DNA of 22,237 bases from NCBI GenBank assembly GCA_037380845.1, contig JARRRI010000014.1, positions 1 through 22,237 of the forward strand, written 5' to 3'. Shown in pieces: positions 17,093-22,237 of this stretch (position 1 is its first letter; the number at the start of each line of letters is the position of its first letter). Source of the stretch: Candidatus Sulfobium sp. (GTDB taxonomy: Bacteria > Nitrospirota > Thermodesulfovibrionia > Thermodesulfovibrionales > UBA6898). The position numbers were made by a program, and so were the translations under genes. The notes beneath the pieces were generated by a model. The model saw only the letters and a program-made list of their open reading frames with translations. It ran no database searches and was not told the origin of the DNA.

Positions 17093-17230
17093 TGCATTGT
17101 TAACGGGTTAGAACGTGAGTAAATTCTACTCATTTATGTAAAGTTCTGTCGCACTCATTGACGAAGTATGATGACTGACGTATGATAACGAGAAAACTGG
17201 TTAATAATATAGTTTGGCATCATAGAACCA

Positions 17231-17246
17231 TGGTATAGGCATTGCA
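17231..17246 (+). promoter_or_regulatory. Possible sigma54 promoter for the rhodanese gene
   Basis: TGGTATAGGCATTGCA has GG-N10-GC spacing, but the predicted +1 falls very close to the SD. Confidence 0.45.
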
Positions 17247-17268
17247 CCGGTTAGAAGGAGGATCGCAC

Positions 17269-18183
17269 ATGCCGTATGTCAACCCGCAATATTTGGTCGA
17301 AACTGCATGGCTTGAGGCCCACTTGCAGGATACCAACCTGCGCATGATCGAGGTCTCAGGCATGCTTAACGCCCAGCGGAAAAACATCGCCAAAACCGTT
17401 TGCTACGACAAGCGCCACATCCCCGGCGCGGTGTTTTTGGATGTTGCAAGTTTCTATGGCCCCTTCTCGGACCCCCGGGGCACCTTTCCCCTGACGTGGC
17501 CCACGCCGACACAATTTGAAGCGATCATGGGCCAACTGGGCGTCGGCAATGATGCGCACGTGATCCTCTATAGTTCCACCGTCGGGCAACGACATTACAG
17601 TTGTCAGATGTGGTGTACACGCGCTTGGTGGATCATGCACCACTTTGGGGTGGAGTGCGCCATTCTCAACGGGGCGTTGGAGAAGTGGATGGCTGAAGGA
17701 CGTCCGGTCACCGCCGTGCCGGGGTACTATCCACCAACCCACTTTCGTGCCGACCCCCACTGGCGGCGCGGTATTGCCTATAAAGAAGATGTGCTGAAGG
17801 CCCTCCAGGGCGATAGGTCGTGTTGCGTGGTGAATGCGCTGCCTGCTGATCAATTCATGGGGGAAAGTGCGATCGTCTATGGCCCGAGGAAGGGTCACAT
17901 TACCGGCTCTGTGAGCGTCCCCATGCCGGACTTGGTGGACTGGGACACCGGGGTCTTTGCCAGTGCGGAAGCGATGCGTGCGCATTTTGACCAGGCAGAC
18001 GTGCTCTCCGCAGACCGTGTCATCATCTATTGCGGCGGTGGGGGCTGTGCCACCACTGCTGGATTTGCCCTGGCGCTTTTGGGGTACACAAATGTCGCGA
18101 TATACGACAATAGTCTGTTCGAATGGGGGGCAGATCCGTCCCTCCCGATGACCGATCCGAGCAGTGAACGGAAGGCGCCCTAG
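17269..18183 (+). CDS. Two-domain rhodanese/sulfurtransferase (SseA-like)
   Basis: LVETAWLEAHL, HIPGAVF, RAWW, ILNGALEKW, GHITGS, active loop YCGGGGCA, YDNSLFEW. AAGGAGG SD before ATG 17269. Confidence 0.9.
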   Translation: MPYVNPQYLVETAWLEAHLQDTNLRMIEVSGMLNAQRKNIAKTVCYDKRHIPGAVFLDVASFYGPFSDPRGTFPLTWPTPTQFEAIMGQLGVGNDAHVILYSSTVGQRHYSCQMWCTRAWWIMHHFGVECAILNGALEKWMAEGRPVTAVPGYYPPTHFRADPHWRRGIAYKEDVLKALQGDRSCCVVNALPADQFMGESAIVYGPRKGHITGSVSVPMPDLVDWDTGVFASAEAMRAHFDQADVLSADRVIIYCGGGGCATTAGFALALLGYTNVAIYDNSLFEWGADPSLPMTDPSSERKAP

Positions 18184-18202
18184 AACAACGGGGAGGAGAT
18201 GC

Positions 18203-18284
18203 GCCGAACCAAGGCGTGCAGGTAACGGCTTATGGCGTCCGCTGCGCTCCCGCTTTCAGCCGCGCCTGACGCACGACGTTCTGT
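18203..18284 (+). mobile_element. Integron attC recombination site (82 bp)
   Basis: R'' GCCGAAC, 5-nt spacer, L'' CGTGCAGG, central imperfect palindrome (CGGCT...AGCCG), L' CCTGACG (complement of L'' minus one extra G), 6-nt spacer, R' GTTCTGT. Confidence 0.8.
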
Positions 18285-18297
18285 GAATAATAGAAAT

Positions 18298-18690
18298 ATG
18301 AAAGACAATATAAAGGCATTCATCATCGGCTTTATTGTTATCGCAGTACTCTCTTGGCTGGCCTTATTGACAATGGATGCACTTGAAACGGCATATATTG
18401 GATTGCTTGCGTGGGCCTCGCCGGTTATAGGGGCGTTTATAACTGCAATAATGGCAAAATCAAGGAAATTAGCACTGGCTTTTCTTCTGGCTCTGCCTTC
18501 GGCAATCATATTCGGTATAGAAAATTATTTATGGCAACTTCTTGGCAGGGGGAGCGACTTCCCGGGATTCAAAGGTTTTGTTACCCTCGTTTGCCTAGAA
18601 TTTATAATAGCAATAATACTCTGCGGCATCGGCGGCTTGGCGGGAACTTTTATAGCAAAACGCAAATTTAAAACATCGAGTGAAAATTAA
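18298..18690 (+). CDS. AT-rich membrane protein of unknown function (about 4 TM segments), integron gene cassette ORF
   Basis: 130 aa, hydrophobic, visibly AT-rich relative to neighbours. Starts 13 nt after the attC R' and is followed by ACAGAAC at 18710-18716, the complement of GTTCTGT. Confidence 0.7.
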   Translation: MKDNIKAFIIGFIVIAVLSWLALLTMDALETAYIGLLAWASPVIGAFITAIMAKSRKLALAFLLALPSAIIFGIENYLWQLLGRGSDFPGFKGFVTLVCLEFIIAIILCGIGGLAGTFIAKRKFKTSSEN

Positions 18691-18931
18691 GGCAATAAAT
18701 GCAGAGACCACAGAACAAGGCCACTCAGTTTCTTCCGTAATTCCGGAATAGTTTCACCTCGGCTTACCTATCGGCTTGTCGGCGTACTGTTTTAAAAGGC
18801 CCTGCACCATACACGACGGAACACGCGTTCGGCGGAAGATGAAGATCATGTTTTCTTCGCAGCCGTTCCGGCAGGCTCACTTTGGAACAAAGAAGGCGGC
18901 CTGGAGAAGGGCGGGATAATGGATTACGGTA

Positions 18932-18940
18932 TGCTATAAT
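18932..18940 (+). promoter_or_regulatory. Extended -10 sigma70 promoter element
   Basis: TGCTATAAT ends 10 nt before ATG 18951, with no SD in between. Confidence 0.5.
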
Positions 18941-18950
18941 TCCCTAGCCC

Positions 18951-20072
18951 ATGGACACGACGGAAAAATTAGAGGTACTCTCTGAAGATTCCCGGTATGA
19001 CCTGGCCTGTGCGTGCGGTACGGCAAAAGACGAACACCGCAAGAGAGGCGCGGAGGGCAGATGGATATACCCTGTGGCACTTCCGCAGGGCGGTTACACG
19101 GTGCTCTTCAAGACGCTTCTTTCCAACGCCTGCTCAAACGACTGCAAGTACTGCCCTCTCAGGTCGGACACGAACGTGCGCCGCTGCACCCTTAAGCCGG
19201 AACAGGTCGCCTCGCTTTTCATGGAATACGTAAGAAGGCGCAAGGTCTTCGGTCTCTTCCTGAGCTCCGCAGTCATCAATAATGCCGATTGTACAATGGA
19301 GAAGATAAACAGCGTCGCAAGACTGTTGAGGAACAGACACGGCTTCAGGGGATATATTCACCTGAAGATCATACCGGGGGCGTCCGACGCTGCTATAGAG
19401 GATTCCCTCTCCCTGGCCACCGCTGTTTCACTGAATATCGAGACCCCCGGGAAAGAACATTTCCAGAGGCTTTCCGCCAGAAAGGATTACGACCGCGACA
19501 TCCTCCGCCCCCTCAGTCTTATGGGAAGTCTCACATCAAAAGGCATGAGATATTCCATGGTCAAGTGTACCACTCAGTTCATCGTAGGGGCATCGGACGA
19601 GACGGACTCGGAGATCGTCGGGTCAATGTTCAACCTTTACAAAAAACTCAACTTCAAACGGGTTTATTTCTCGGCATATCAGAAAGGTCTGGGCGATCCC
19701 GGGATACCCGGTGAGAGGACATTTCTTACCAACCCGGGGGAGATCTTTGTCCGCGAACACCGCCTTTACCAAGTCGATTTCCTCCTGCGGAAATACCGCT
19801 TCAACAGGGAGGATATTCTCCTGGGCCGGGACGGCAATCTAAGGCTCGACAAGGACCCTAAGGAGTTATGGGCGGAGAGCCATCCCGACTTTTATCCCGT
19901 AAGGATCAACAAATCGGACAGGGAAACACTGCTCAGGGTTCCCGGTATAGGCCCGGAGACCGCCGGGAAGATAATCCTTGGACGCCGGGAAAGAAGGCTC
20001 AGCCGGATTGAGGACCTTGGTGTAAGGGGAAAAAGAGCGGAGAAAATCGGGCAATACGTAGTCTTTGAGTGA
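18951..20072 (+). CDS. Putative DNA modification/repair radical SAM protein with C-terminal helix-hairpin-helix
   Basis: KLEVLSEDSRYDLAC, CSNDCKYC (CxxxCxxC), GLFLSS, GYIHLKIIPGA, TQFIVGA, REHRLYQVDFLLRKY, LLRVPGIGP. Confidence 0.88.
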   Translation: MDTTEKLEVLSEDSRYDLACACGTAKDEHRKRGAEGRWIYPVALPQGGYTVLFKTLLSNACSNDCKYCPLRSDTNVRRCTLKPEQVASLFMEYVRRRKVFGLFLSSAVINNADCTMEKINSVARLLRNRHGFRGYIHLKIIPGASDAAIEDSLSLATAVSLNIETPGKEHFQRLSARKDYDRDILRPLSLMGSLTSKGMRYSMVKCTTQFIVGASDETDSEIVGSMFNLYKKLNFKRVYFSAYQKGLGDPGIPGERTFLTNPGEIFVREHRLYQVDFLLRKYRFNREDILLGRDGNLRLDKDPKELWAESHPDFYPVRINKSDRETLLRVPGIGPETAGKIILGRRERRLSRIEDLGVRGKRAEKIGQYVVFE

Positions 20073-20117
20073 CAGCCGGCTGCTGGCGGCGACTTTGCAC
20101 ACAGGGAGGACAGGTAA

Positions 20118-21572
20118 ATGAAAAGACTCTTTCTCAAAAAGACGCTTGCGGAACTGACCGTGGAGGCCTTCGATGAGAAGCGGGGGCTCAAGAGGTCGCT
20201 CGGCCCGGTAACGCTTGTTCTCCTGGGCATAGGTGTCATCGTGGGGGCGGGCATATTTGTCCTGACAGGCCATGCTGCGGCAGAGATGGCAGGTCCGGCA
20301 ATCGTCCTCTCCTTCACAATGGCGGCCGTCGCCTGCGCCTTTGCCGGCCTGTGCTATGCGGAGTTCGCCTCGATGATTCCGATCTCGGGAAGCGCCTATA
20401 CTTACGCATACGCCACTCTGGGCCAGTTCGTAGCCTGGATAATAGGGTGGGATCTTATACTCGAATATACAATAGGGGCTACCACCGTGGCGATAGGATG
20501 GTCCGGGTACCTGGTCAGTTTTCTGAAAGACCTCGGCATAGTCCTTCCCGCCTCCCTGGTTGCACCGCCCGTTACTTATGACATTCAGCTCCACCAGTGG
20601 GTCACGACCGGCGCCTTCTTCAATCTGCCGGCGGTGGTCGTGGTGGTCCTTATTACCGCTATACTCGTGCTGGGCATAAAGGAATCGGCAGCCTTGAATG
20701 CCGTAATCGTCTTCATCAAGGTGCTCATCATTGTCGCCTTCATAGTGGCGGGCCTCTTCTTCATAAAACCTGAACTGTGGCATCCCTTTATCCCGCCGAA
20801 CAAAGGACAGTTTGGAATCTTCGGGATTAGCGGTGTCCTGAGAGGAGCTGGAATCATATTTTTTGCCTACATTGGGTTCGACGCTATTTCAACCCTTGCG
20901 CAGGAGGCCAGGAACCCACAGAAAGACATGCCGATAGGCATTCTGGGCAGCCTCGTAATCTGCACGATACTCTATGTTGCCGTATCGTTCGTGCTGACGG
21001 GGGTCGTCCCTTATACCAAACTCGACGGTCCCGCACCCCTCGCCGTCGCTCTGGATGCAATGAACCTGCATGTCTTTTCGCCTGTACTCAAGATAGGGGC
21101 CATTGCCGGCCTCACATCGGTTATACTGGTGCTCCTTCTCGGTCAAACCAGGATATTCTTTTCCATGGGCAGGGACGGACTTCTTCCCCCCTTTGTGTCG
21201 AAAATACATACAAGATTCAGGACTCCCCATATCATAACCGTGGTGACGGGCGCAGTCACGGCGCTTCTTTCGGCCCTCCTTCCCATCGGCATAGTGGGAG
21301 AGCTTGTGAGCATCGGTACCCTTCTGGCCTTCGTCCTGGTCTGCTCAGGCGTGCTGGTCCTCCGGTACACCAACCCCAATGCGAAAAGGGTGTTCATAGC
21401 CCCGGGGGGCGCTGCCACTCCGGTGCTGGGAATCATCACCTGTCTCTACCTGATGTCCGGACTTCCAAGGGACACGTGGATTAGACTCTTTACGTGGCTG
21501 ATCATCGGCCTGGTGATATATTTCACTTATGGAATCAAGAAGGCAAATGTCGGAAAGCCGGCCGGAGACTGA
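20118..21572 (+). CDS. APC-family amino acid permease (YfnA/YhdG-like)
   Basis: [64 protein letters not shown]; about 12 TM segments. Confidence 0.92.
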   Translation: MKRLFLKKTLAELTVEAFDEKRGLKRSLGPVTLVLLGIGVIVGAGIFVLTGHAAAEMAGPAIVLSFTMAAVACAFAGLCYAEFASMIPISGSAYTYAYATLGQFVAWIIGWDLILEYTIGATTVAIGWSGYLVSFLKDLGIVLPASLVAPPVTYDIQLHQWVTTGAFFNLPAVVVVVLITAILVLGIKESAALNAVIVFIKVLIIVAFIVAGLFFIKPELWHPFIPPNKGQFGIFGISGVLRGAGIIFFAYIGFDAISTLAQEARNPQKDMPIGILGSLVICTILYVAVSFVLTGVVPYTKLDGPAPLAVALDAMNLHVFSPVLKIGAIAGLTSVILVLLLGQTRIFFSMGRDGLLPPFVSKIHTRFRTPHIITVVTGAVTALLSALLPIGIVGELVSIGTLLAFVLVCSGVLVLRYTNPNAKRVFIAPGGAATPVLGIITCLYLMSGLPRDTWIRLFTWLIIGLVIYFTYGIKKANVGKPAGD

Positions 21573-21633
21573 TTTTAAAGAATTTGTCCGCTATGCTGGT
21601 TCGGTGACTCGCAAGAAGACGGTTCGGGATCAT

Positions 21634-21720
21634 AACTCCCCCTTCCCCCCTCTTAACTTAAGAGGGGGTGCCGAAGGCGGGGGTGTTATTCCACAGGGGG
21701 ATAGAGGGGGATTTTTTAGG
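21634..21720. repeat. REP-like palindrome / possible terminator
   Basis: CCCCCTCTTAACTTAAGAGGGGG (11-bp arms around a single C), followed by GCCGAAGGC and G-rich tracts. Confidence 0.55.
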
Positions 21721-21750
21721 AAATATTTTCATGCCTCTTTGTGAGCCATA

Positions 21751-21872
21751 GTCATGCCGATTCTCGCAAGCCCCGAGAGTCGGGACAGACTCCGCGCGTA
21801 GTCGATCCTTCTTCAAGAAGTCTCGGAAGGATTCCGGACCTGCCTGCCGGCAGGCAGGCAAGCCGGAATGAC
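21751..21872. repeat. GTCAT...ATGAC-bounded palindromic element with an internal CCTGCCTGCCGGCAGGCAGG palindrome
   Basis: Starts GTCATGCCG and ends CCGGAATGAC; perfect 20-bp internal palindrome. Confidence 0.6.
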
Positions 21873-21938
21873 AGACCAGTAACGATTTTATACGCAGACT
21901 CTACCTTAACGTTGTAAAAAATGCCTGCACCCCGGGTC

Positions 21939-22015
21939 CGTCATTCCCGAGGTAGTAATCGGGAATCCAGGTTTTCAGACAGAGTGGATGCCCGACTAAG
22001 ACCTCGGGCATGACG
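21939..22015. repeat. Palindromic interspersed repeat (REP/MITE-like), copy B (complete)
   Basis: CGTCATTCCCGAGGT...ACCTCGGGCATGACG terminal inverted repeats, with an inner TCGGGAATCCA...TGGATGCCCGA pair. Confidence 0.85.
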
Positions 22016-22087
22016 CGAAAAAGCTTCCAGTTACACGTAACCAAGATAAAAGCTCATGCCGCCCTCTCCCTTATGCAACTGTAGAAT

Positions 22088-22237
22088 CTAATCAGGTTCT
22101 TTCCACCTGTCGTAAATGCCTGCCTTGAGGCTTGCCTGTGCGAGGACCACGCTTACAGTGTTGGCAAGGTTGTAATTTCGGACCTTCCCTGGCATGGGAA
22201 CATAGACCGTTCGTTCAGGCCATCGATCGAACCAATC
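22088..22237 (-). CDS. trmL: 3' end of a SpoU/TrmL-family tRNA/rRNA methyltransferase
   Basis: Minus-strand translation DWFDRWPERTVYVPMPGKVRNYNLANTVSVVLAQASLKAGIYDRWKEPD* matches SPOUT motif 3 (IPMxxxVRSLNL). Confidence 0.65.
   Translation of the reverse strand, partial: DWFDRWPERTVYVPMPGKVRNYNLANTVSVVLAQASLKAGIYDRWKEPD

Noticed and set aside
18827..18833. GTTCGGC as the R' end of the second attC
   Set aside because: No L' complementary to CACTCAGT and no hairpin linking it to 18710, so the second attC is treated as truncated.
21600..22060. CRISPR array or tRNA in the repeat-rich spacer
   Set aside because: No regularly spaced direct repeats or cloverleaf; only separate palindromic elements.

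Overview
Bacterial window of moderate GC, apparently from an anaerobe. The centre (1949-16206) is a co-oriented + strand cluster with two sigma54-type promoter motifs. It encodes an OsmC-like protein, MetF, a pseudo-receiver protein, two MtaA/CmuA (UroD-fold, Zn-thiolate) methyltransferases, a CMD/AhpD protein, an MtrH/MtgA-like methyltransferase split by a single in-frame TAG, a corrinoid protein, a QueG-like Fe-S protein, a RACo corrinoid reactivase, a small Cys-rich protein and a DsrM/HdrE-like plus HdrD-like membrane redox pair. It ends with a Methanosarcinales-type cysteate synthase and a fused sulfopyruvate decarboxylase ComDE. The main candidate novel system is an archaeal-style coenzyme M (or related sulfonate thiol) biosynthesis module joined to a corrinoid/folate methyl-transfer chain and a heterodisulfide-reductase-like pair in a bacterium, with no mcr genes in view. 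The right flank holds a HAD hydrolase, a rhodanese, an orphan integron-type cassette with a well-formed attC site, a radical SAM-HhH protein, an APC permease, palindromic repeats and the 3' end of a TrmL-like gene. The left flank holds an NAD-dependent epimerase (truncated by the window edge) and a TPR protein. All family assignments come from motif recognition by eye, not from database searches.
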